48,431 bases of DNA from a phage: assembly GCA_012646845.1 (NCBI GenBank), contig GCA_012646845.1_4707.1; one strand, 5' to 3'. The position numbers were made by a program, and so were the translations under genes. The notes under the pieces were generated by a model. That model did not search any database. It was not told the DNA's origin and saw nothing but the letters and a program-made list of their open reading frames with translations. Shown in pieces: positions 27,286-36,241 of this stretch. Position 1 is the stretch's first letter, and each line of letters opens with the position of its first letter.

Positions 27286-28116
27286 TTAATCGTAACTGAA
27301 ATAAAGTTTGCTGCTGACGCCGCTATCGGAATGAGGTTTTAATACCAGAACAGAGCTTCCGAACGACGGAAGTATCGGAACATTTAAATCGTTTGCGTCG
27401 GCAACTTTTCCATTATAAACGACACTGGCTGTTGTGATGAGTTCCCAAGCTAAGGCATAACTCATTGAAATCAGTGAAGAGGCTAAACGGAACGCACTGT
27501 ATCCTTCAGGAGAATCTCCAACCAACATCGAACGTATCGCATCTTGCGGCGGTAAATTTAGCTTGATGCCGTAGGTGCTGAATGTGTGGAAATCCCCTTG
27601 TTTACTATCTTCCGGATAATAAGAGGTTAGTGGTTCTCGTACCGTAATCAGCTCGCTAATATCAGTACTTACCGCTTTTCGTACGAGGAATTGAAACGTA
27701 CCGTACCACGATGCTGAGGCATCAGAACGAATAGGAACAGATACGGTTTTCTCGTCACTTTCAAATTTAATCTGTGATGCTAGCGCTGAAGAATCAAAGA
27801 TCGTTAAATCGATCTTCAACCCATACTTCTTAAACAGCTGCGTTAAGCAGTCTGCTATAGTCGTCATATCAGCAACGACAATAAAAGGTTGGTGTTTGAT
27901 AAAGAGCTTATTAATGTCTCGACGTTGAAGATAAACCTGCACGGGGTCTTCGATATAGTAAGTCGATTGTGATGTGGGGACTATAGAAAGGCGTAACCGA
28001 CCTGATGCACCATACCAGGCTGGCGTTAGCGTAATGTCTGACGGGGATAATGGATGCTGGAGATCGGTGTTTATTTTAGATAACACTTCCTCTTGCCATG
28101 ATGCTTCAGGATACAT
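27286..28116 (-). CDS. protein with diverged copy of the shared fibre N-terminal module
   Basis: YLQRRDINKLFIKHQPFIVV...KKYGLKIDL aligns with RRDIAKAF-GIP module of the other three. Confidence 0.6.
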   Translation of the reverse strand: MYPEASWQEEVLSKINTDLQHPLSPSDITLTPAWYGASGRLRLSIVPTSQSTYYIEDPVQVYLQRRDINKLFIKHQPFIVVADMTTIADCLTQLFKKYGLKIDLTIFDSSALASQIKFESDEKTVSVPIRSDASASWYGTFQFLVRKAVSTDISELITVREPLTSYYPEDSKQGDFHTFSTYGIKLNLPPQDAIRSMLVGDSPEGYSAFRLASSLISMSYALAWELITTASVVYNGKVADANDLNVPILPSFGSSVLVLKPHSDSGVSSKLYFSYD

Positions 28117-28175
28117 GCTGACCTCATAGATGATCGTTGATAGGAAAGAGACCTAATTCATACCATGGGAACCTC

Positions 28176-28230
28176 AAAAAAAAAAACAAAAATAGGAAAA
28201 CGGTGCTCATCCTTTTAGGGATGAGCACCG
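28176..28230 (-). terminator. canonical intrinsic terminator: 12-bp perfect stem followed by long U-tract on minus strand
   Basis: CGGTGCTCATCC-TTTTAG-GGATGAGCACCG with A-run 28176-28200 on plus strand. Confidence 0.75.
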
Positions 28231-28250
28231 CGTACCATTATATCGAATGA

Positions 28251-28829
28251 TTAGTAAGGAATCAGATCGTTAAGCTTTTCTTCTTCAATGACAAAGAAGT
28301 TGTTCTGGTCGTCTAAATCTGTTAACAGGACTTGTCCGACAGTAAAGCACGTGCCACCCTTCTTAGGCATCCATACCGGCTCATTCGTTACCTTATCGGG
28401 ATACCATTTGAAACGATTGGTATCTAAGAAGAACGCTGCTTTGTTCACTTTATCCGTTGATCGGTAACTTACTAACGCTGGCCACTCAATCCAGGTATTT
28501 GTGCATGGCACATGTAAAGGATACCATGCGCGCCAGCGTTTGCCCGGCTTGTTAGGATCAACCCAATACTCGGCAGTCAATACAGCATCTTTATAATGTT
28601 TCTGTATTAACATTTCGAGCACAAGCTCATTGCCTTTTGATGAATCTAAAGTCACTTCAGCCATATAAAGAGATTTAGGTAATCCAGACTGTTTTGTGGG
28701 CAGCGTTACGACACCGGTAACCAACGGTCTGCTCGGCTTACGCTTCTGTTCTTTCCGATGTGTGTAAAGAAATAGCCCGATAGCTGCGGCAACAAGTATA
28801 ATAAACAACACTACCTTAATCCAATTCAT
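28251..28829 (-). CDS. membrane-anchored hypothetical protein
   Basis: N-terminal TM helix MNWIKVVLFIILVAAAIGLFLY; ATGA overlap with upstream gene. Confidence 0.6.
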   Translation of the reverse strand: MNWIKVVLFIILVAAAIGLFLYTHRKEQKRKPSRPLVTGVVTLPTKQSGLPKSLYMAEVTLDSSKGNELVLEMLIQKHYKDAVLTAEYWVDPNKPGKRWRAWYPLHVPCTNTWIEWPALVSYRSTDKVNKAAFFLDTNRFKWYPDKVTNEPVWMPKKGGTCFTVGQVLLTDLDDQNNFFVIEEEKLNDLIPY

Positions 28830-29575
28830 TCGTCAATATCTCCTTCTACAAACAGAGTCAATTTGATTTCAGGGTCATAGAACATAGTAATCACACCATC
28901 TTGCTCTACTGAACGTTGCGCTGTCCATATTAACTGTTCATCCCGAATATCAAATTTATGCCGTTCGTCACTCACCACAGCTTCCGCATCAACGTAATGG
29001 TAAACATCACCGAGGGGATTCTCAATCCAGCCGCGTACCATCAAACGTTCTTTTTGTTTACGTGTAAAGAAGCGATAAGGATCTTCGCACGTGCGCCATA
29101 CATCCCCGTTCCCGCTGACCAGCTCATCATAAACTTTAGAGAGTTCGTCAGGTACCGGAATCAAAATGTTATCTTGATAGTTCGACCAGAAACGACGTAC
29201 ATCTTGGATCAACTCATCGTCCTGCAGTTTAATTACCGCGTCATTATAATCGATTTTAACAGTATCGATATCAAGGCGGGTAAACGGAAGAGCGTCTAGG
29301 TTTGCCACACTGACTTCAATCCGATCGTGATGCACATAAACCCACCCGTCAAACCAGCGGTACCCATCAGCTTGATATAACGTTGTGTGATATCTGACGA
29401 CGTTGATGTCTTCGAACGATTCCAATAAAGCTTTAGCTGCTAAAAGCGGTGAAAAGTTCTTTGATTGTCCTGGTTTACGTATCTCTTCTTTGATGAACAA
29501 TTTACCAAGCAGTGGGTGTTCGATAACAAAACCACAGGAAAGCATGATGCTTCCTTGATAGCGGGGTTCTTGCAT
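28826..29575 (-). CDS. hypothetical protein
   Basis: ORF track; GAGGAA SD. Confidence 0.6.
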   Translation of the reverse strand: MQEPRYQGSIMLSCGFVIEHPLLGKLFIKEEIRKPGQSKNFSPLLAAKALLESFEDINVVRYHTTLYQADGYRWFDGWVYVHHDRIEVSVANLDALPFTRLDIDTVKIDYNDAVIKLQDDELIQDVRRFWSNYQDNILIPVPDELSKVYDELVSGNGDVWRTCEDPYRFFTRKQKERLMVRGWIENPLGDVYHYVDAEAVVSDERHKFDIRDEQLIWTAQRSVEQDGVITMFYDPEIKLTLFVEGDIDE

Positions 29576-29751
29576 TTTCTATTCCTCAAACAAAAAGATT
29601 GTCTTTTACGCGACATGATTACAAGTACACAGGTTACTGAATTTCTGTAAAAGTTAATTTTCGTAAACTAAAAGAAAATGTATCCGTGTTTCCTGGTTCT
29701 TCCCCTCCACAGCCTCAGGAAGAGAAGAACCGTTTGCTAAGTTGTTATGTA

Positions 29752-30000
29752 TTAAAATGCGTTGATTGGACTGTTCAACGCTTTATCACGGATTTGAATC
29801 GCCGCCAGCATTGCTTTCTGGTACGAATCGTAAGCATCAACAGAAACAGTCGTATCAACCAATTCCTTTAATACTGATTCAGCCGCTTTTACGCGGACGC
29901 GGAACTTGGTGATTGCGTTATCTTTGTTGCGATAAACCGTGATATGGTGCAGCGGTTGAACTTTGGTTTTAACGGATTTAGTTGCTTTGATCGTTTTCAT
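29752..30000 (-). CDS. small basic hypothetical protein
   Basis: ORF track; AAGGAAA SD. Confidence 0.5.
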   Translation of the reverse strand: MKTIKATKSVKTKVQPLHHITVYRNKDNAITKFRVRVKAAESVLKELVDTTVSVDAYDSYQKAMLAAIQIRDKALNSPINAF

Positions 30001-30054
30001 GGTGATTTCCTTCTTTATTAGGATGATTACATTTAGTCAGTTTGACAGCATAAA

Positions 30055-30079
30055 CCCTTCCCGCTTTATGCAGGAAGGG
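30055..30079 (-). terminator. hairpin CCCTTCC...GGAAGGG downstream of hydrolase gene
   Basis: inverted repeat read directly. Confidence 0.4.
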
Positions 30080-30093
30080 CATACGGATTTGTT

Positions 30094-30591
30094 TTACGTG
30101 TGTCGTCGTTTACCAAAGAAAATATGATTGTCTACCACGGTGATATTGGTAGCGTGTTTTCTGAAATGTTTAGGGCGAAGATGTTTCGCGTTAAAGAATA
30201 CGGCTCCTCGTGTTGGATCGGCTTTACGGTAAGCAACAATGTCGTTATTGCGCAATGTTGCGACCTCTCGTGCTATCGCTCTTGCACGATTGAATGCAGC
30301 ATGATCGCGTATGACAATTCGTTGTTGTCTTGCCCAGGGGAATTGACCTCTTTGCAGTACGACGTCTCTGACGTTCGTAGGGAATCGGTAGTCCATAGAT
30401 CGATTATGTATTAAAAACGCCACGGAGTATTGCCCTTTTACAGATTCGCCTCTGGCTTCCATATACACAGCGCATGCGACGATCTCTTTCCGGCAATCGA
30501 TTCTAGGTCCTGCGTTCACCGACGCCTGACTTAACGGTGCGATAAACAACATTACAAGCCCTAAAACCAACGTGTGTAAAATACCTTGCAT
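30094..30591 (-). CDS. SleB/CwlJ-family cell-wall hydrolase with N-terminal signal peptide (candidate endolysin)
   Basis: CAVYMEARGESVKGQYSVAFLIHNRS...VVLQRGQFPWA matches the Hydrolase_2 core; N-term MQGILHTLVLGLVMLFIAPLSQA; start set to ATG 30591. Confidence 0.7.
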   Translation of the reverse strand: MQGILHTLVLGLVMLFIAPLSQASVNAGPRIDCRKEIVACAVYMEARGESVKGQYSVAFLIHNRSMDYRFPTNVRDVVLQRGQFPWARQQRIVIRDHAAFNRARAIAREVATLRNNDIVAYRKADPTRGAVFFNAKHLRPKHFRKHATNITVVDNHIFFGKRRHT

Positions 30592-30845
30592 CTTAATTAA
30601 CCTCACGATAAGGTGCTGTCCACTGGCGTCTTGATAACGCAACCCGTCTATCGGGTTGTTCTATTCAGCGGGCAGCAGGTTAGCGTCAGATGTTTGCCCG
30701 ACATCCACGACAGAAATAAACGGTACTGAAAATACGGTCTCCTCTGGTTTGGCAATAAACATAACGTTGGATAACAGAACCCATTTCCCGCATCCAACGC
30801 GGTAAAGGCGTACATCGTTTGAATTCATATAGTTTCTCAAAGATG

Positions 30846-31148
30846 TTAACCTCTACCGTCAAGCCATAAGTTGTATTTCTCGCGAGCGTTAGGATCACGA
30901 TAGATGCGACGATACCTTAATTCCGGTAATAATCCGGTTCGCACTAACTCGTCAGTTAACTTTCTACGACGTTCTACGCCGTTATGGATACGACGTAACT
31001 CACGAAAGTTAAGCGGCGTTTGTTTCATTAGAACCCCCATTACGATCGGGCGATGATCGATTTCATACAGCGATAATACACCACGTATTTCATCTAATAC
31101 CCGCTCGCGATCGATTAGTATTCGATCATGATATTTTAATTGTTCCAT
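30846..31148 (-). CDS. hypothetical protein
   Basis: ORF track only. Confidence 0.4.
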   Translation of the reverse strand: MEQLKYHDRILIDRERVLDEIRGVLSLYEIDHRPIVMGVLMKQTPLNFRELRRIHNGVERRRKLTDELVRTGLLPELRYRRIYRDPNAREKYNLWLDGRG

Positions 31149-31174
31149 AACAGTCGCTCTCGTTTCAGGGGGAG

Positions 31175-31378
31175 TTAAGTATTGTGTTTATTCCTACCTA
31201 CGTTCCTCAACAGTGTAACGATAACGAATACCGCCACCATCAAGAAGACGAACCATAACCCGACATTAATTCGGGCGGCCGGTACATCCACCATAAGGAG
31301 CATCGTCCCACAAAACCCAAGGACTATCCATACTAACATCATCCCTATCAACCCTCGCAACAACTTAAGCCAGATCAC
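31175..31378 (-). CDS. small membrane protein (two hydrophobic helices; holin-like candidate)
   Basis: GTG start preceded by AAGGAGAAG; MIWLKLLRGLIGMMLVWIVLGFCG...LWFVFLMVAVFVIVTLL. Confidence 0.5.
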   Translation of the reverse strand: MIWLKLLRGLIGMMLVWIVLGFCGTMLLMVDVPAARINVGLWFVFLMVAVFVIVTLLRNVGRNKHNT

Positions 31379-31551
31379 AAACTTCTCCTTACTTTCTCTG
31401 ATAAAGCGACGATTCTAATTTTAGAAACATCCCTAATGCGAATGCGAGTAATGACGCACGTACCCACATACCTCCTTGAAAACTGTTGTACAACATAAAG
31501 ACCAGAGCGATGCCGCCCATATGCAGGCGGCACTTATCGAACAGTGTTGGT

Positions 31552-31761
31552 TTATACATAGGAGATTAAACGTTGAATGATTTTTACTTTGCCTTTGCCT
31601 GGACCTTTCTTGCGACGATTCAACAGACGGATACGGTTTCCAATTACGGAATCACCATCATAATCAGCCTGGAACCGTGATAAAAAAGCAGGTTGTACCC
31701 GGTCGACACCAGGATTGCTATAGAAACGATTGAAACTTAAAAGATGGTTAGTTGGAATCAT
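31552..31761 (-). CDS. hypothetical protein
   Basis: ORF track; ATG at 31761 with AAGGA SD. Confidence 0.4.
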   Translation of the reverse strand: MIPTNHLLSFNRFYSNPGVDRVQPAFLSRFQADYDGDSVIGNRIRLLNRRKKGPGKGKVKIIQRLISYV

Positions 31762-31779
31762 TGTATTGTCCTTATTCAA

Positions 31780-32130
31780 TTATTTACCAAGATAGAGGTA
31801 TTCTCCGCCCTGAATAACACCGGTTGATGGGTCAACAAGTATGCGAACCCGTGCATAGGTCTTGAAAGAGGGGTTGAAAACTTCGAAGTCAGTCACTTTC
31901 AATTTCACGCTGGGGTTAATTGGGTTCTTAACTCCTGGAAGTTCTTTCGGTAATCCGAAGTCGACTCCATATTCTTCAAGGTCCGCTGGCGTCATGCTCT
32001 CCATGGCCATGTAGATTGCTTTTGCTTTATCGTAAACCTCTGGACTATCCAGCAATCCAGCCTGCGCTGAACCGACAACACTACCGAACAGAATAGCAAC
32101 AGCAACAAACAATTTAGTTAATGTTTTCAT
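31780..32130 (-). CDS. secreted hypothetical protein (signal peptide)
   Basis: MKTLTKLFVAVAILFGSVVGSAQA; AAGGAAA SD. Confidence 0.6.
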   Translation of the reverse strand: MKTLTKLFVAVAILFGSVVGSAQAGLLDSPEVYDKAKAIYMAMESMTPADLEEYGVDFGLPKELPGVKNPINPSVKLKVTDFEVFNPSFKTYARVRILVDPSTGVIQGGEYLYLGK

Positions 32131-32168
32131 GATCGTTTCCTTAATAACTTAAATAAACCAATTTAATA

Positions 32169-32591
32169 TTAACGTACGGCTGCTACGCTGTTAGCGCATG
32201 CCTGAATATCATCGGTATTTACGATGATGGTTTCGTTAAATGCACGAATACGCGCACGACGTGCTTCTTTAAGGCTGGCGATTGCGTTAGCAGCTTGGTC
32301 TGTATTCGCAAGGCTAATAACTGGGATCAAGCGCATGTCAGGACTGCAGATATTCAATGCTTGGTATACACGCCCATTGATTCCTACGGTATCAGACATC
32401 GGATAGTGCGCACGACATTGAAATTGACCCATGACAACAAGCGAACGATCGGAGATGCCAATCTGATAACGACCGTCTTCGCTGTAGGTGTAGCAGTTAT
32501 TCCCACGAGCCATCCAGTTAGCTTGTGCTTGTGCACTAACAAAAGCCAGGGTAGCGACGATAGCAAATACGATATTTTTGAACAGTTTCAT
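32169..32591 (-). CDS. secreted hypothetical protein (signal peptide)
   Basis: MKLFKNIVFAIVATLAFVSAQAQA; AAGGATC SD. Confidence 0.6.
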   Translation of the reverse strand: MKLFKNIVFAIVATLAFVSAQAQANWMARGNNCYTYSEDGRYQIGISDRSLVVMGQFQCRAHYPMSDTVGINGRVYQALNICSPDMRLIPVISLANTDQAANAIASLKEARRARIRAFNETIIVNTDDIQACANSVAAVR

Positions 32592-32609
32592 GATAAAGAT
32601 CCTTATTGA

Positions 32610-32642
32610 AATAAAAACGGTATAAAGCCCCCATTTAGGGGG
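32610..32642 (-). terminator. hairpin CCCCC-ATTTA-GGGGG followed by U-rich tract on minus strand
   Basis: read directly; lies just downstream of 32649..32966. Confidence 0.5.
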
Positions 32643-32648
32643 ACCTGA

Positions 32649-32966
32649 TTAGTTTGCACTTAAGAAATGACCCAGAACCGTTACGATTGGAAACAGTCCC
32701 GTAACCGTATTATCGCCCGAAAACATCATCTTTGAGTCGTTAACGGTGATGAAACGGATGTCGGTTGCAGACCCATCGATAGCGACAAAACGCATCGAGT
32801 TCGGTGGAAGATCCTCAACAACTTCCACGAGATGTTCACGATTTTCAAAGGCTTCTTTAACACGACGCATGAAACGAATCAATGTTCCTTCAGCGTCGGC
32901 TTCCAAATGACCTAGGATATCGCGATTATTACGAATAGCGAATACAGCCATTTTAAACATACACAT
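32649..32966 (-). CDS. hypothetical protein
   Basis: ORF track; conserved leader identical to that of 4227..4649. Confidence 0.6.
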   Translation of the reverse strand: MCMFKMAVFAIRNNRDILGHLEADAEGTLIRFMRRVKEAFENREHLVEVVEDLPPNSMRFVAIDGSATDIRFITVNDSKMMFSGDNTVTGLFPIVTVLGHFLSAN

Positions 32967-33056
32967 CTTGACATCCTCTTATATTGGATTGATTGCTAAT
33001 AATTCAAGGTGAAGCCAATGACTCCATTGCTTCACCTAGGTAATATAGCCGTGAAA
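32967..33056 (-). promoter_or_regulatory. conserved promoter/leader element copy B (CTATATTAC motif, hairpin, conserved RBS leader)
   Basis: 32967-32994 and 33039-33056 identical to copy A; motif overlaps stop codon of 33036..34028. Confidence 0.45.
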
Positions 33057-34028
33057 ATTAATGCATTGACTCACGTCTTTGCTACATGGGGGCTGAATCT
33101 CGTCGATGCGTTTAACCACAACCTCAGGGAAAAGTTGGAGGATTTCATCAGGTGGTGTCGTACCTTCTGTCCAACGATAACGTTCAACCTTTTCGATGCG
33201 TGGACTCCCTCCGACGTCAGCGATACGAAAGATACAGGCGATACCTAAATCGAAACATACGCTGTAAATATCTTCCGTGCCTCCTTTATCGGCAAGTATT
33301 TTCGCAAAATGCTCGTTATCGGGAAGAATGGCTAAATTACGGATACACCAAACATTATCACCCATTTCTTCAAGTTTTGGGTAGGTTAAAGTGTGCCCGT
33401 AGCATGTTAACCATCGATGATTTTCTAGGCGGAAGTCCTTATCTCCTGGCCGATAACCCAGTATCACCTCGGTGTAGAAGAGATTAGGCATATTGAGCAG
33501 TTCTCTAATCGTTGGACCGGTATGCTCCCAGAGACAGATTTGTTTACGGTCTATATCGTAATCTGTGACGTTACTCACCTCCCAACTTATCGTAAGTTCA
33601 TCGACAACGTGCCAACCTAAAGCATGTTCACCACCAAGCAGATTAACAATAGCTGCTATCTCGTGCTTGTCAAATACCCCCAAATTCTGCGGTGGTTGCA
33701 TCGTACGTAATGGCTCCCATAACGCACTGTAATCATAGAGCAAATGACGACATAAACTTTTTGTTAGGGGGGTATGTTCAGTAAACAGTGGAAGAATCAC
33801 CGTATCCAACAATGGACGTAATGGATGATTGTCGGGTGGCAACGAAGCGTATAGCCGACTTTCCTTTTTAGGAATGTCGTAACCAAACCCGTAACGCTCC
33901 GAAATGAGTGCAATCAACACTTTTGCTATGCGATTACGTAGCATGCGATGGATATCATCAGTGTAACAGAATTTCGGTCTGTTACCACAAACGAAGGTGA
34001 AGTATCTGGGCGTTAGCGCAGCCATCAT
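33036..34028 (-). CDS. hypothetical protein
   Basis: ORF track; GAGGGAAAG SD. Confidence 0.6.
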   Translation of the reverse strand: MMAALTPRYFTFVCGNRPKFCYTDDIHRMLRNRIAKVLIALISERYGFGYDIPKKESRLYASLPPDNHPLRPLLDTVILPLFTEHTPLTKSLCRHLLYDYSALWEPLRTMQPPQNLGVFDKHEIAAIVNLLGGEHALGWHVVDELTISWEVSNVTDYDIDRKQICLWEHTGPTIRELLNMPNLFYTEVILGYRPGDKDFRLENHRWLTCYGHTLTYPKLEEMGDNVWCIRNLAILPDNEHFAKILADKGGTEDIYSVCFDLGIACIFRIADVGGSPRIEKVERYRWTEGTTPPDEILQLFPEVVVKRIDEIQPPCSKDVSQCINFHGYIT

Positions 34029-34035
34029 CTTTCCC

Positions 34036-34482
34036 TCAATCTAAATAGTAGGTGATGGAAAGATCTTTTCCATCGAACACGATATCCGTGCAGTCATGGA
34101 CCGTCGGTAATACCATTTTGGCGGCTACCGGAACATACGCCTGCAACTCCATGAAGTTATCCATACGGAATGCACGACGCACCATCAGCGGCGTTAGTGT
34201 AAACGTTACGCTGACGCTACCACCTGAGGTCAAGTGCATTATCGCATGCCCATGATCGCACCAACAATGGTTTTCGATCCATCCGGTGTAAATCAGAATA
34301 TTTTTATCTTCGTCGTAATAAGCAATGCCAGTCTGCTTTAAACGGCTGGTAAACCGAGAGGCTTGCTCGTAGCCTGCACGCAACATTCGAGCAACCAGTC
34401 GAGTATTGTTAGCGATTCGATTCTGTTCGTTGGTTTTTGTGGCTTTGAAAAGTTCGATACGTTCTGCTTTTGTAATTTGCAT
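34036..34482 (-). CDS. hypothetical protein
   Basis: ORF track; AGGACAG SD. Confidence 0.55.
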   Translation of the reverse strand: MQITKAERIELFKATKTNEQNRIANNTRLVARMLRAGYEQASRFTSRLKQTGIAYYDEDKNILIYTGWIENHCWCDHGHAIMHLTSGGSVSVTFTLTPLMVRRAFRMDNFMELQAYVPVAAKMVLPTVHDCTDIVFDGKDLSITYYLD

Positions 34483-34484
34483 GG

Positions 34485-34901
34485 TTACTGTCCTATTGAA
34501 TTGTGTTTAAATAATTGGATAAATGGGGTACCAAACAAAGGGCTATATGAATGTATTCGGTTCTCCTCTGATTCGTAATACTCGATAGGCCACGATATTG
34601 GTTTAGGTAGACGATCTAATGCTTGCAACACAGCGAGTTTAACATCATTACTTTCGATCGGATACGGAAGTACCGTTGACGAACAGAACACACGTGTTCG
34701 ATGTAAATAAATGAGATGCTGTTGTAGCTTAGACAAACGCCTACGCTTGATTAAGAAACTGGTTACGCGACAATCGGGATGATCGTAACGGTAACGTGCG
34801 CTGTCGAAATAAGCATATTCTCTTCTAACAACGAGATACTTTAACGCATGTATGAATGAATAACGACGTAGTTCTCCATCAGCCAACATAACACGGATCA
34901 T
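34485..34901 (-). CDS. hypothetical protein
   Basis: ORF track; TAATG overlap with upstream gene. Confidence 0.55.
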   Translation of the reverse strand: MIRVMLADGELRRYSFIHALKYLVVRREYAYFDSARYRYDHPDCRVTSFLIKRRRLSKLQQHLIYLHRTRVFCSSTVLPYPIESNDVKLAVLQALDRLPKPISWPIEYYESEENRIHSYSPLFGTPFIQLFKHNSIGQ

Positions 34902-35500
34902 TACTTAGGCTCCAGAATCGGACCGAACAACCAGAAAGTCAGACGCTGATAGATCTGTTCGATGACGGCGGATTCTGTTTGCTCTTCCCACGATTTCCCT
35001 TTCTTATACTTTATTTCTGGCGGAACATCGCCAGCGTAAACGTACCCCGTTGAGAAGTCCCACGCCAGCCGTTTACCGAAAGCGGGTAAGAACACCTCTT
35101 CGAATCTGAACGCTTTCGAATTCCAATGCAGCAATTGATCGGATTCAACATGTAAAGTTTTATTACGTTTGCTTGGCATGTTTCCGAAGTACTGAACGAT
35201 GGCTGACTTCATAACCCGATCAGCGAAGTCCTTGGCTTCAGCCTCATCGAGGGGTGGTAGATGATGCGACAGATTTAGCTTGCGTTGTTCGATATCGATC
35301 TTACGCATTGCTTTAATTAAATCGCCAGGGGTAATTTTACCCTTATGTCCTTCCTGTCGGTGTATGAAACACCCCTGGAATAATACGCAAAGCTCTTGAG
35401 GTGCGGTACTTTCCATTCGTCCGTAAGCAACAATCACCGATCGACGACGATCGATAACATCACGGATAAACCGCGGCTCAGTAATACTCACCACTGTCAT
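34901..35500 (-). CDS. hypothetical protein
   Basis: ORF track; AAGAGGG SD. Confidence 0.6.
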   Translation of the reverse strand: MTVVSITEPRFIRDVIDRRRSVIVAYGRMESTAPQELCVLFQGCFIHRQEGHKGKITPGDLIKAMRKIDIEQRKLNLSHHLPPLDEAEAKDFADRVMKSAIVQYFGNMPSKRNKTLHVESDQLLHWNSKAFRFEEVFLPAFGKRLAWDFSTGYVYAGDVPPEIKYKKGKSWEEQTESAVIEQIYQRLTFWLFGPILEPK

Positions 35501-35544
35501 TTAAAGCCCTCTTTATCTTTTTCCATTTCTCTTTACATAACCAC

Positions 35545-36231
35545 TTAAGACGTCGCCATCTTATCTTCCAGAGACTTCTTCGGTAAACCATGGATAACTC
35601 CTTCCGGGGTTAAGAACACACAGTCTGGATTCTGCGTTCGTGAGCGGTCGTCTGGACTATTCAATGAAAACAGCAACGCAGAAATACCTTTCGTCCGATT
35701 TAATGCCGCTACGATCACATCAAGCTGTCGCAGCGCATCCGACACCGTTCGATGAGGAACAATACGTGACTGTTTGAAGCTGGCTAACCGCCAAGTCTCG
35801 AACAAACAACGTAGTTTAAACACGTCGGACGGAATAGCGGTAGATCCCTGTTCGATAACCTCAACACGATCAGCTTCAGGATAACCTACAGCAACCGCAC
35901 TAAAGTGTCTTACCCCATTATGAAAATCGTCGATAGATGCTTCGGCGTATTTACATACCGTGCCAGAAACGACCATCACTTTTGCTAAACCGCGATAATT
36001 GATCGTCAACGGAATACGAAATACACGTAAAGCATGTTCCGGATTTAATGAGACGTCGTTAACCTTCGTTGCGGTCAGCTTACCACGCTCGTAACGTGCG
36101 GTGAACGGTAGCCCGTCATAAACGGGATTGATTACAACGCCCCCTGGGGAGGCGTTAGCGTTAAGATGGACATTAAGCCAATCGGATACTTCCTGTCTAC
36201 TAGTTACGATTAACATAAAACGGTCCTCCAT
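35545..36231 (-). CDS. hypothetical protein
   Basis: ORF track; start set to ATG 36231 with AAAGGAAAAG SD. Confidence 0.55.
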   Translation of the reverse strand: MEDRFMLIVTSRQEVSDWLNVHLNANASPGGVVINPVYDGLPFTARYERGKLTATKVNDVSLNPEHALRVFRIPLTINYRGLAKVMVVSGTVCKYAEASIDDFHNGVRHFSAVAVGYPEADRVEVIEQGSTAIPSDVFKLRCLFETWRLASFKQSRIVPHRTVSDALRQLDVIVAALNRTKGISALLFSLNSPDDRSRTQNPDCVFLTPEGVIHGLPKKSLEDKMATS

Positions 36232-36241
36232 TTCTTTTCCT

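Noticed and set aside
28176-28200. Long A-run (about 20 A) as a possible slippery site or poly-A insertion scar
   Set aside because: It directly abuts a 12-bp perfect hairpin on the minus strand and forms the U-tract of a canonical intrinsic terminator; intergenic.
31505-31560. Extra small ORF (about 56 aa, hydrophobic) between 31378 and 31560 on the minus strand
   Set aside because: It overlaps a GC hairpin (GCCGCC...GGCGGC) that is more simply a terminator for the upstream gene; no independent support.
33009-33248. Plus-strand ORF 33009..33248 and similar nested ORFs (5828..6191, 24910..25323, 14210..14485, 36807..37121)
   Set aside because: They fall entirely inside longer, better-supported minus-strand genes or span regulatory hairpins; no RBS; treated as spurious.
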